From positions 1 to 19,446 of the forward strand of contig CAZYJA010000019.1 of assembly GCA_964647245.1 (NCBI GenBank): 19,446 bases of DNA, written 5' to 3'. The position numbers and the translations under genes are program-made. Below, in pieces: positions 7,402-15,190 of this stretch (position 1 is its first letter; every line of letters starts with the position of its first letter). The notes below the pieces were generated by a model. It was not told where the DNA came from, did not search any database, and saw only the letters and a program-made list of their open reading frames with translations. The DNA comes from an uncultured Syntrophomonas sp. (GTDB lineage Bacteria > Bacillota > Syntrophomonadia > Syntrophomonadales > Syntrophomonadaceae).

Positions 7402-7924
7402 ATGAAAATCGCTATTTGCGATGACGACAAGGGGGACTTTTACATAAAATTATTTTTTTGACTTCATCCTCAATTTGCGGTAGATTCTTATTCTGTGGGT
7501 GCATTTAACTATTATTAAAACCCATTCAAAAAGACCCACTCTTTTCCGTTTTAAAAAAAGCCTGCAAGCATATTTTTTAAGCGGACTGAAGCAATATATC
7601 GTCGTCAAAACGCCCAGCAGCCTTTCTAAGTTCTTCCTCAACGAGCTGATCTAGGTTGAAGTAAGGGGCAGAACCGTGTGCTTTTATCAAAAAGGCGGGA
7701 GCACGTTAGAAAGTACCAGTACGATTTCTCAAGTTGAAGCTGTTTTATTAATCGATAAACGTTTCATTCCGGATCGCTCCGATATCGAAAACCTTGATTA
7801 TATAAAGAGCCTTTCTCATGATGGCCTTACAACCACCAGCAATCGATTTATACCTATATCAAGCAAGGTTTTCAAAAAAGTAAAGCAGTTGTATATCAAT
7901 CATTCCTTTCACGCGGAAGCTTAA
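7402..7924 (+). pseudogene. Disrupted LytTR response regulator.
   Basis: The first 30 nt (MKIAICDDDK) are identical to the intact regulator gene at 13354. Unrelated sequence at 7432-7625 then replaces the receiver domain and hits a stop after 19 codons. From ~7625 the LytTR-domain half resumes in homology with 13785-14082 (FLNELI*VEV...QKGGSTLES...LLIDKRFIP...FIPISSKVFKKVKQLYINH). This half carries an in-frame TAG where the intact copy has TAT. Confidence 0.75.
7468..7496 (+). promoter_or_regulatory. Sigma-A-like promoter TTGACT-17-TAGATT inside the segment that replaced the receiver domain. It could drive the downstream kinase gene.
   Basis: The hexamers and 17-nt spacing were read directly from the sequence. 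No other support exists. Confidence 0.35.
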
Positions 7925-7938
7925 TGGAGGTTAAAATC

Positions 7939-9207
7939 ATGCTGGATTATATTAGGTCTCTGCTTGCCTTTATTTTTGCAATCAGCGTAATGTATATGCT
8001 CTTGGATTGTGAGATCAAGCACCAGAAGAACCGCTATCTATTGGGTTTGTACGTTACTATCCTACTAATCTGTAATGTGCTTGTTTTATATAACTTTGGG
8101 TATATATTCTTCATGAAACTATATCCCCTTCTGGTTCACTTTCCGGTATTCTTGGCCTTTGTTTTTGTATCCCGGTTCAAACCCATCAAGGTCTTTTTTG
8201 TTCTTTGTACACTTATCGCTTTCTCCACGTCGTTTTCTGTGGTTGGACTGATTATTTCATATTTTTTTGGCTCCAGCAGGGAAGTCGTAAACATTGTTTC
8301 CTATATGCTGTTTATACCCACCGGGTTGATCATTTACCAGTATATCCGTCCGTCTTTTCTGTATATGATGCGCAACACCGATAAAGGCTGGTTAGGTTTT
8401 TCCATCGTACCCCTTTCATACTCAGTGCTTATTTATTCTATTGGAATGTATAATTTGGATACAGTGAACATTGGACCTTTATTAAAGAACGCTGTGCTGC
8501 TATTTATTTTGGCTTTTTCAGCTTATTATATGATTATCCGTTTTTTTAAACAGACCCAAGAACAGCTCACCCTGCAAACTGAACAGGATTTGTTGATAAA
8601 GCAAGCTACCGCAGCCCAGCACCAGTTGGCAGCATTGCAAGAATCACAAGAAATGACCATTATTTATCGCCACGATATGCGACACCATCTAAATCTAATC
8701 AGTGCCTATCTTGCAGAAAACAACCCGGCAGCAGCCCAAAACTATATTAACGAAGTTGAAAAAACCATTGCCAGTGCTGTGGTTGAAAAATATTGCAGCA
8801 ACTATACCGTCAATTTAATACTATATTTCTATATTGCGAAGGCCAAGGATGCACTGATTGCAGTTGAAACCCAAATCGATCTCCGGGAGCAAAACCCGGT
8901 ATCCGATATGGACCTTTGCGTTATCTTTGCAAATGCCCTGGAAAATGCGATGAATGCCTGCCAGCGTATTCCTAACGCCAATGATAGATGCTTAAAAATC
9001 TTCTGCCAAACCAAAAGTGATAAGCTCTTCATCCAAATTGCCAATAGCTACACCGGCACGGTCACGTTTGATGACGACATGCCGGTAAGCACGGAAGAAA
9101 ATCACGGCTTGGGCACGAAAAGCATTGCCGCGGTAGCACATAAATACGACGGTTTATTTTCTTTCACGGCCGAAGATGGGATCTTCAAGACCAATATAAT
9201 CCTGTAA
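7939..9207 (+). CDS. HPK10 (AgrC/ComD-like) sensor histidine kinase with a 6-7 TM N-terminal domain and a C-terminal GHKL ATPase.
   Basis: Multiple hydrophobic helices occupy the first ~200 aa. The H-box is YRHDMRHHLN, the N-box is VIFANALENAMNA, and the G-box is GLGTKSI. A GGAGG ribosome-binding site lies 8 nt before the ATG at 7939. The ORF track instead begins at the in-frame ATG at 7924, which overlaps the pseudogene stop. Confidence 0.85.
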   Translation: MLDYIRSLLAFIFAISVMYMLLDCEIKHQKNRYLLGLYVTILLICNVLVLYNFGYIFFMKLYPLLVHFPVFLAFVFVSRFKPIKVFFVLCTLIAFSTSFSVVGLIISYFFGSSREVVNIVSYMLFIPTGLIIYQYIRPSFLYMMRNTDKGWLGFSIVPLSYSVLIYSIGMYNLDTVNIGPLLKNAVLLFILAFSAYYMIIRFFKQTQEQLTLQTEQDLLIKQATAAQHQLAALQESQEMTIIYRHDMRHHLNLISAYLAENNPAAAQNYINEVEKTIASAVVEKYCSNYTVNLILYFYIAKAKDALIAVETQIDLREQNPVSDMDLCVIFANALENAMNACQRIPNANDRCLKIFCQTKSDKLFIQIANSYTGTVTFDDDMPVSTEENHGLGTKSIAAVAHKYDGLFSFTAEDGIFKTNIIL

Positions 9208-9216
9208 TACCTGTAT

Positions 9217-9271
9217 CAAGGGGACGGTTCTTTTGTTACGCTATTTTAAAAGCAATAGAGCCGTCCCCTTG
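9217..9271 (+). terminator. Long GC-clamped hairpin CAAGGGGACGG...CCGTCCCCTTG lying 10 nt after the kinase stop. It has no clear U-tract.
   Basis: An 11-bp outer stem encloses an inner stem CTATT/AATAG. The lack of a trailing T-run makes its role as a terminator uncertain. Confidence 0.3.
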
Positions 9272-9399
9272 CGTCTACTTAGATGTATCATTTTTCGTTA
9301 TGAAATGAACAAATTATTGTTCCTGACTGTAAACCATGCTGATTGAGACTCCTGTGTATCCAAGAAGACCACGCTTGAAAGCAGCATGAAATTACTCAC

Positions 9400-9480
9400 C
9401 CAGATAGAAAGCGGCATACCCGGGTTGAGATATTTATATGGGTTGATATTTCTGATATCCCAGGCAGTTGCAAACATATA
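9400..9480 (-). pseudogene. Fragment resembling the C-terminal end of the 14204..14980 secreted protein.
   Basis: The minus-strand translation FATAWDIRNINPYKYLNPG matches FETACDIRDINPSIYLNAKG in that protein. Nothing upstream of it is homologous. Confidence 0.4.
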
Positions 9481-9486
9481 ATAATA

Positions 9487-9612
9487 AAAGGGGTTTCAGT
9501 TCTAAGTCTGAAACCCCTCGGTATTTCGGTTATAGCGGATTTTTCTAGTCTTATTGCTTATTTTAATGAGTTTATCACTACATCTATTTGGGCAGCTAGA
9601 TCAACATTAAAT
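9487..9612. repeat. Copy B of the ~126-bp repeat. In this copy it forms the genuine 3' end and terminator of the 9558..10397 gene.
   Basis: It matches 3847-3972. The hairpin at 9489-9516 is followed on the minus strand by a T-rich tract. Confidence 0.8.
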
Positions 9613-10397
9613 GATGCTTCAGGGGTAGCGAAAGCGCCAGCATAGATGCCTGCGTCTAATAATTTATAAGCGTAAACAATGACCATCCCGTCTTCCTTGT
9701 AGATAACAACCGCGGTAAAACCTTTAACAAATGTTTTCAACGAGTCTTTATTGGCATACTCCTTCAAGAATTCTTCTGCAAATTCATTAAAATTACTTGC
9801 GTCGGTACCTTCACCTTTGTCAGTTACGCCGACTTGGACTTGACATGATCCCGGGGCAGATATTTTGACTCCTTCAATTACTTCTTCATCAACTACCCAA
9901 TCAGCGGGCAGGACCATCTCAAAAGCTTTATCCAGGCTAAAATATTTTTTCATCGAAATAGCAATTGCCCGGGTAGTCGCTTCATAGTCTACTTTGGCAC
10001 CAAGATTTTCGCTGATGAATCTTAGGGGAACATAGGTGCTTCCATTAATTAATTGAGCCGGCACCTGAACTTCCCTCTGGGTGCCATTAATGACTGCATA
10101 GTTCTGTCCGATTGGTACCTCGATGGTTTGGTCGACCAGTACCACTGTTGCCGTACGCGTATCATTATTCCACAGAACCTCACACCCAAAAGCCTCACTG
10201 ATAAACCTCAGGGGAACCAGGGTTCTTCCCTCAACTACTTGGGCTGGAGCAGACATGGTAACGCTTTGGTCATTAATCTGGGCCTGACTCTCCCCAATCA
10301 CCAGATTAACACTTCTGTCCCTTACTTCAGCACTGGCGGTGCCTGCAAGGATAAGAACCAATGATAAAGTAATTAAAAATAATAATGATTTCTTCAC
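9558..10397 (-). CDS. Secreted 279-aa protein with two copper-amine-oxidase N-terminal-like domains. It uses a GTG start.
   Basis: It has a signal peptide ending ASA. The motifs EGRTLVPLRFISEAFGCEVLW and NGSTYVPLRFISENLGAKVDY are present. An AAAGGGG ribosome-binding site lies 9 nt before the GTG. Confidence 0.75.
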   Translation of the reverse strand: MKKSLLFLITLSLVLILAGTASAEVRDRSVNLVIGESQAQINDQSVTMSAPAQVVEGRTLVPLRFISEAFGCEVLWNNDTRTATVVLVDQTIEVPIGQNYAVINGTQREVQVPAQLINGSTYVPLRFISENLGAKVDYEATTRAIAISMKKYFSLDKAFEMVLPADWVVDEEVIEGVKISAPGSCQVQVGVTDKGEGTDASNFNEFAEEFLKEYANKDSLKTFVKGFTAVVIYKEDGMVIVYAYKLLDAGIYAGAFATPEASFNVDLAAQIDVVINSLK

Positions 10398-10524
10398 TAA
10401 GAATTACCCCTTTCTAATATTTGATTTCACTACATCCTATCCTGGGCTAAATTGTCATACCCTTCATTAAATCCCTCCTAATTTCATCTTCTTGGGAAAA
10501 GACAAACAATATAAAAAGTTCCCG

Positions 10525-11595
10525 CTACACGGTTTGAGTTCCACAATCCGGACAGAATTTACCCGCTACCATTTTGCGGCAGGTGGGACAGAATTGTGGG
10601 GCCCCTGCCGCTTGCTCTGCTCCGACAGCCTGCATAGGTTGGCCACACTCGGGACAAAACTTCATAGGGGTAGTACTGGTATTTCCGCAACCGGTACAGG
10701 CAAAGTTAGCGACTGCTGGCCGCAGTACCGGTGCTCCGGCTCCGCTCATGGCGCCAGCCATCTGCTGTGCCATCTGGGCTCCTATAGCCATTTGCGCTCC
10801 CATGGTTGCTAGGTTATTCCCGCCCCCAGGGGAGTCAAAGCTGTCCGCCATTTGAACGGTAGTGTATTTACCAACATTACCTACAAAGGATTGTCCGGCA
10901 ATTCTTGCCGCCATTTCCTGTACTTCAGCCGGGTAGTTGATGCTATGGATATTTACATCAACCGCACCCAATCCAAAATCCAACAGCTCTTTATCCAATT
11001 CATCATTAATTGCTTTACCCAATTTACGGCTATTCTGCTGCAGGCTAACGAGAGCGTTTATACCAATGCTCTGCTGTCCACCTAAAATAGCTTCTGCAAC
11101 CACCGGGTTCAACTCGCCCATAATACGCTCGGCAATGTCCTCCAGGGAATAGGAATCCTTTATACCTGCAACCTTCTCGATGAACTTTTGATAATCACGA
11201 AATTCCACAATCAGGTTTCCGTTACAACCTACGGGGATTCCCGTCGGTACCTCCGGGGTTGGAATCATAATGCGCTGACGGGTCCCCCATGACAAAAGAA
11301 GTTCCTTGCTGTTCACAAAATAGACCTCCGCCCGCATTCCGGTATCACCTCTGAGGGCAAACACCCCTTTGAGCGTTGATAGAAATGGAACAATCTCGGA
11401 GGCAATATCATAACTGCCCGCTTTTTCAAACACACCCTCGACTTGACCGTTGGCATAGAAAATTGCCTTTTGTCCCATACGAATAATCAGCTTCGCATTT
11501 TTTTTAATTTCTTTGGCAGGCCACTTGAAGAATAACATATCATCCCTGAATTCTTCCCATTCAACCGTATCCTTGCCTTGCCCAAACCATGCCAT
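10525..11595 (-). CDS. SPFH/band-7-like protein of 356 aa with a Gly/Ala/Met-rich linker and C-terminal tandem zinc ribbons. It resembles Bacillus YdjI.
   Basis: The N-terminal ~230 aa are consistent with an SPFH fold. The C-terminus carries CTGCGN...CPECG and CPTC...CPDCG. An AGGGGG ribosome-binding site is present. Confidence 0.7.
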   Translation of the reverse strand: MAWFGQGKDTVEWEEFRDDMLFFKWPAKEIKKNAKLIIRMGQKAIFYANGQVEGVFEKAGSYDIASEIVPFLSTLKGVFALRGDTGMRAEVYFVNSKELLLSWGTRQRIMIPTPEVPTGIPVGCNGNLIVEFRDYQKFIEKVAGIKDSYSLEDIAERIMGELNPVVAEAILGGQQSIGINALVSLQQNSRKLGKAINDELDKELLDFGLGAVDVNIHSINYPAEVQEMAARIAGQSFVGNVGKYTTVQMADSFDSPGGGNNLATMGAQMAIGAQMAQQMAGAMSGAGAPVLRPAVANFACTGCGNTSTTPMKFCPECGQPMQAVGAEQAAGAPQFCPTCRKMVAGKFCPDCGTQTV

Positions 11596-11609
11596 ATAAT
11601 CTCTACCCC

Positions 11610-12695
11610 CTATATAATGGATACCAAGGTAACAAATATTATAATCACCGCCATAATGAAGGTCACGATTTTCGGAATGCTGTAGGGCCGCTGCCCGTCG
11701 ATCACTCCTGTTTCGCCGTTGACGAAGTATTGGTAGGTTTTACCTTTATAGCCATAAGCCGAACCCCATACCGGCAGCAACAGATGCTTATAAGTTACAT
11801 TGGAGTGTATGGTGTCCAGACTGCTCACCCGGGCGGTATTATATCTCCTGCGTATATCTTGATCGGCCAGAGATCGAAGCTCACCCTCCATGATCTGTTT
11901 TGCCGATTCAAAGGCTTGGTCCGCCTTAATTGTATAGAGCTCCGCATGAAAGCCGGACAAATACGATGGGGCATAAGGCCTAGTATTCTCAACCGTATTA
12001 AAGGGCAGTATCCCATTAATATCTTGTTTCTTTTCTGATGCGCACACCTGCAGATCGTCAAAGCTAGAACTCACCACACCTGACACCGGTGTCCAGTCGG
12101 TTACCGTTCTATTTTTTCCGTCCTGGTCCTTTTCCGTGCGATAATTGCCGCCCTGCCCCCGGTAATTTGCAATGGCGGTGGCATCAAACGTCCAGTAGGG
12201 TATATACATTCCCTTTAGCGAACCCTCGACGCACTTCTTCTTAAAGTCATTGGGCGCAAACCATCTTGATTTTACCCACTCTTTAAATTCTTGTCCGGCT
12301 TCAACTTTATCAATCTTGAACGGCACAATCCCCTCCGGTGGAATTCCCCCCTTTTGTTTTACAGTGGCCACCTGAGTTGAGGAACACATTGGGCAGGTGG
12401 TTGCTATCTGTTGCTCATCAAAGGTAATTTCGCACCCGCAGTTTTGGCAATGCACCACTGCCACACCCGCAAACGCTACCGATTCTTTCTCCCGCTCGGA
12501 GTACTGGCTAAAGTCATATTCTGAAACCGTTGCCGCCAGATTCTCTATCAGGCTTTCCGCTTTACAAGATGAACACCGGAATTTCTCTTTACCGATGTCA
12601 TACTTTATAACCCCGCCGCAATTGGCGCAGACAAAAGTTTGGGTATCAACCGCGACCTTTACCGGAACCTCACTAATTTCGGTCTGTTTATCCAT
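11610..12695 (-). CDS. Zinc-ribbon protein with a C-terminal TM anchor, resembling Bacillus YdjG. It lies upstream of and co-oriented with the SPFH gene.
   Basis: Two CxxC...CxxC ribbons are present (CANCGG...CSSC and CQNCGC...CPMC), along with a C-terminal hydrophobic helix IVTFIMAVIIIFVTLVSII. The likely start is the second ATG at 12695 (MDKQTEI), which has a GAGGAG ribosome-binding site. The ORF track starts at 12707. Confidence 0.65.
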   Translation of the reverse strand: MDKQTEISEVPVKVAVDTQTFVCANCGGVIKYDIGKEKFRCSSCKAESLIENLAATVSEYDFSQYSEREKESVAFAGVAVVHCQNCGCEITFDEQQIATTCPMCSSTQVATVKQKGGIPPEGIVPFKIDKVEAGQEFKEWVKSRWFAPNDFKKKCVEGSLKGMYIPYWTFDATAIANYRGQGGNYRTEKDQDGKNRTVTDWTPVSGVVSSSFDDLQVCASEKKQDINGILPFNTVENTRPYAPSYLSGFHAELYTIKADQAFESAKQIMEGELRSLADQDIRRRYNTARVSSLDTIHSNVTYKHLLLPVWGSAYGYKGKTYQYFVNGETGVIDGQRPYSIPKIVTFIMAVIIIFVTLVSII

Positions 12696-12839
12696 GTTAC
12701 TCCTCATTTCATGTGCATAATATTCCTGGAAATATGCGGGTAGAACCCATTTAAACTACCATAATTTGCATCTCGAAGAGGCTTATTCCATACCCGCAGT
12801 AATTATAACCCAAAAAACTCCTGCAAAATGCACCTTTGT

Positions 12840-12869
12840 ATGAGATGTAGTTTGTGCGTCCTGAAATGA
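12840..12869 (+). promoter_or_regulatory. Degenerate LytTR-like direct repeat ATGAGATGT-N12-CTGAAATGA with 21-bp periodicity.
   Basis: It is oriented rightward, toward the 12921-13200 small-ORF region, and would be antisense to the minus-strand 79-aa ORF. No convincing -10 follows it. Confidence 0.35.
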
Positions 12870-12920
12870 AAGTTCTCGTCTTTGAGGTGCACTGCTTGGT
12901 AACTGATATTACTTTCAGAT

Positions 12921-13160
12921 TTATTTATCCTTCTCCTTCCCCCCGATTCGGTTTAACGGACACCTGCATACGCTGTGGGTCCGATGCTGGCTAATCTCTT
13001 TGCGAAAATCTGCATATTTGCAGTACCAGCACTCCCGCATGGGGACCAGGCTGTCACCTGCTGCACATGCCCAATGAGAGCAGGTATCGTCCTCTCTCAC
13101 TATTCTATAGGTATCGTCGGTCCCATCCCGGTCCTTTGGCCGCATATTTCCTTTATCCAA
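12921..13160 (-). CDS. Small hydrophilic Cys-rich protein of 79 aa (TTG start), paralogous to 6968..7207.
   Basis: It has the same GGGAAGGAGTGGCTGCAGTTG start context as the first copy. The Cys positions are conserved (C27, C32, C45, C48, C65) and there is an extra Cys at position 67. Confidence 0.35.
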   Translation of the reverse strand: MDKGNMRPKDRDGTDDTYRIVREDDTCSHWACAAGDSLVPMRECWYCKYADFRKEISQHRTHSVCRCPLNRIGGKEKDK

Positions 13161-13250
13161 CTGCAGCCACTCCTTCCCTTCAAGTCCATATTCCGTTAAC
13201 TCTAATAGTTAAATTTTATAACAAATGAAACCGCCCGGTGATATATCTGC

Positions 13251-13318
13251 ATGAAATGTCGTCCTGGGGTTATGAAATGTAAATTTCCATTATTTATTCG
13301 TAATTGCTCTGGTATAAT
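13251..13318 (+). promoter_or_regulatory. LytTR-box promoter cassette in front of the intact response regulator. It consists of ATGAAATGT-N12-ATGAAATGT followed by TGGTATAAT.
   Basis: The 9-mers lie at 13251-13259 and 13272-13280. TGGTATAAT lies at 13310-13318. A GAGGTGA ribosome-binding site and the ATG at 13354 follow. The arrangement suggests autoregulation. Confidence 0.7.
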
Positions 13319-13353
13319 AGATAGGATTTGAGGGATGACTTTGAGGTGACATA

Positions 13354-14082
13354 ATGAAAATCGCTATTTGCGATGACGACAAGCCGGAACTGTTACGCAT
13401 CAGTCGGCTGGCACATGAATATTTGAGCTCCGGCTTTACCGAAAGCCTACCGGAAATCCACAGCTTTGAAAGCAGTCTGAAGTTGCTCGAACAGCTGGAA
13501 AGCGGCATACATTTTGATCTTTTTCTTTTGGATGTCATAATGCCTAACCTAAACGGCATCCAGCTGGCCAACGAGATAAGAAAAATGGATGAGGTAGCCA
13601 AAATTATATTTTTGACTTCAAGCTCGGAATTTGCGGTAGAGTCTTATTCAGTGGGCGCTTTTAATTATCTTATAAAGCCTATTCAAAGACCCCAACTCTT
13701 CTCTGTTTTAGAAAAAGCCGGCAACGATATTATAAGTGACCTGAAACAATTTATCGTGGTTAAAACCCCCAGCACCTTGTCCAAGGTATTCCTCCACGAG
13801 CTGATCTATGTTGAGGTGATTGGCAGAACCGTATGTTTTCATCAAAAAGGCGGGGCTAGGGTGGAAAGCATCATTACGATTTCTCAAGTTAAAGCTGCTT
13901 TATTAATAGATAAACGTTTTATCCAGCCTCATCGCTCCTATATCGTCAACTTAGACTATGTCCAAAAACTATCCCCGGATGGCTTTACAACGAAAGACGG
14001 CCAGTTTATTCCCATATCAAGAAATGTTTTCAAAGAAGTAAAACAGGCCTATATCAATCATTGCTTTCGGTCGGAAGGTTAA
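13354..14082 (+). CDS. LytTR-family response regulator (AgrA/ComE-like) of 242 aa.
   Basis: An N-terminal receiver domain is present (MKIAICDDD...DVIMP...IIFLTS). A C-terminal LytTR DNA-binding domain is present (VKT.S....F..ELIYVE......VCFHQKGG...I...RS.IVN). Confidence 0.9.
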   Translation: MKIAICDDDKPELLRISRLAHEYLSSGFTESLPEIHSFESSLKLLEQLESGIHFDLFLLDVIMPNLNGIQLANEIRKMDEVAKIIFLTSSSEFAVESYSVGAFNYLIKPIQRPQLFSVLEKAGNDIISDLKQFIVVKTPSTLSKVFLHELIYVEVIGRTVCFHQKGGARVESIITISQVKAALLIDKRFIQPHRSYIVNLDYVQKLSPDGFTTKDGQFIPISRNVFKEVKQAYINHCFRSEG

Positions 14083-14153
14083 TAGGATGGCAAAAAAAAT
14101 ATCCTGTATAAATCTGGTGCAAAGGGTGCTCCTGAAGGTAACGCTAAATAAGT

Positions 14154-14188
14154 AAAAAAGCCGATTGCAACAACCATCGGCTTTTTTA
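14154..14188. terminator. Bidirectional intrinsic terminator between the response regulator and the convergent 14204..14980 gene.
   Basis: An A6 tract precedes the stem GCCGATTG...CCATCGGC, and a T6 tract follows it. Confidence 0.6.
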
Positions 14189-14203
14189 CTTAACGGGGGT
14201 AAA

Positions 14204-14980
14204 TTACCCTTTAGCGTTGAGATATATACTGGGATTGATATCTCTGATATCGCAGGCGGTTTCAAACAAGCTTATATTTACTTGATTTCTAAAATAGGTT
14301 GACATTTGATGATTTAAGTCTTGCTTCAGTCTATCCAAATCAGGATCTGCATAGCCATCCACCAATTCCCACCAGCGTGCAATTAACGATACAACCTTAT
14401 CCTGCTCCGTATCGGTTAAATCCAACCAGCTTTGAGTCCTAAATCTTAAAACATAACTGATTTCTTCGTTGGTGATCGGTATCGTTTCGCCTATGCCTTC
14501 GCCAATTTGATTATTTATATAAGCAGGAGAGAAAAGATATACATCACCATTGTCAACATTATAGTCAACCTTATAACCAATAGCCTCGGAAATAAATCTT
14601 AACGGAACCAAGGTCCGGCCATTAATAATTACGGGAGGAGAGTCCAGCTCATACTCGATCCCAACTCGGTCATTAAGCATGGCATCAAATTTGGAATAGT
14701 TGGCTGTCTTATTTCCGATTTGCATTTCAATAATAAGCCCATTGCTGGCAGGGTCGTAAATTTCAACCTGTTGTTGATCAGCTATCCATTCAACCCGGCA
14801 GCCAACCATTTCAGCAATCGCCCTAACTGGAACCATGGTTCTTTGGTTAATAATCTGTGGTGCAACTTCGGTCTTTACTTCCTCCAAGTCAACCAAAATC
14901 TGGGCGGCCAAGCTTGGGCTGGCGAAACAAAAAGTCAGAACCCATACCAGAGTTACCATAAGTATTGCTTTCTTGCTCAT
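14204..14980 (-). CDS. Secreted 258-aa protein with two copper-amine-oxidase N-terminal-like domains.
   Basis: It has a signal peptide ending LAAQ. The motifs NQRTMVPVRAIAEMVGCRVEW and NGRTLVPLRFISEAIGYKVDY are present. A GGAGGAGG ribosome-binding site is present. Confidence 0.75.
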   Translation of the reverse strand: MSKKAILMVTLVWVLTFCFASPSLAAQILVDLEEVKTEVAPQIINQRTMVPVRAIAEMVGCRVEWIADQQQVEIYDPASNGLIIEMQIGNKTANYSKFDAMLNDRVGIEYELDSPPVIINGRTLVPLRFISEAIGYKVDYNVDNGDVYLFSPAYINNQIGEGIGETIPITNEEISYVLRFRTQSWLDLTDTEQDKVVSLIARWWELVDGYADPDLDRLKQDLNHQMSTYFRNQVNISLFETACDIRDINPSIYLNAKG

Positions 14981-15128
14981 ATTCCTACCTCCTCCAATTA
15001 TTTTTTATTACTTCCCAGGACCAACCTGGTCAAGTGGATGCTTTTATTGATCGGTATGGTTATTTGCATACTCGCTAATTCTATTCGTCTAAGTTTAGTA
15101 CAAAAAGAATCCTGTGGTTACTCATTTG

Positions 15129-15190
15129 CATGAAATGTCGTTTTTACGTCATGAAGTGTATTATAGGTGCTTTTAAGGCTCTGCTATAAT
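15129..15190 (+). promoter_or_regulatory. LytTR-box promoter cassette in front of the protease gene. It consists of ATGAAATGT-N12-ATGAAGTGT followed by TATAAT.
   Basis: The 9-mers lie at 15129-15137 and 15150-15158. TATAAT lies at 15185-15190. Upstream is the conserved element AAGTTTAGTACAAAAAGAATC. An AAAGGAGG ribosome-binding site precedes the ATG at 15279. Confidence 0.65.

Noticed and set aside
9279-9480. Small plus-strand ORFs (MNKLLFLTVNHAD, MLIETPVYPRRPRLKAA and the 31-aa MKLLTQ...) considered as AgrD-like autoinducer precursors downstream of the kinase.
   Set aside because: They have no ribosome-binding sites and no cysteine or lactone-forming residue pattern. The region is better explained as a degenerate promoter-cassette remnant plus the antisense of a gene fragment.
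10053-11152. Plus-strand ORFs 10053..10364, 10492..10812, 10574..10855, 10852..11085 and 10937..11152.
   Set aside because: They are antisense to the strongly supported 9558..10397 and 10525..11595 genes. The Ala- and Gly-rich translations reflect antisense reading of the GC-rich linker.
6960-13210. A diversity-generating retroelement template and variable repeat pair, suggested by the two ~250-bp paralogous small-ORF regions.
   Set aside because: The mismatches between the copies are not adenine-specific, and there is no reverse transcriptase gene in the window.
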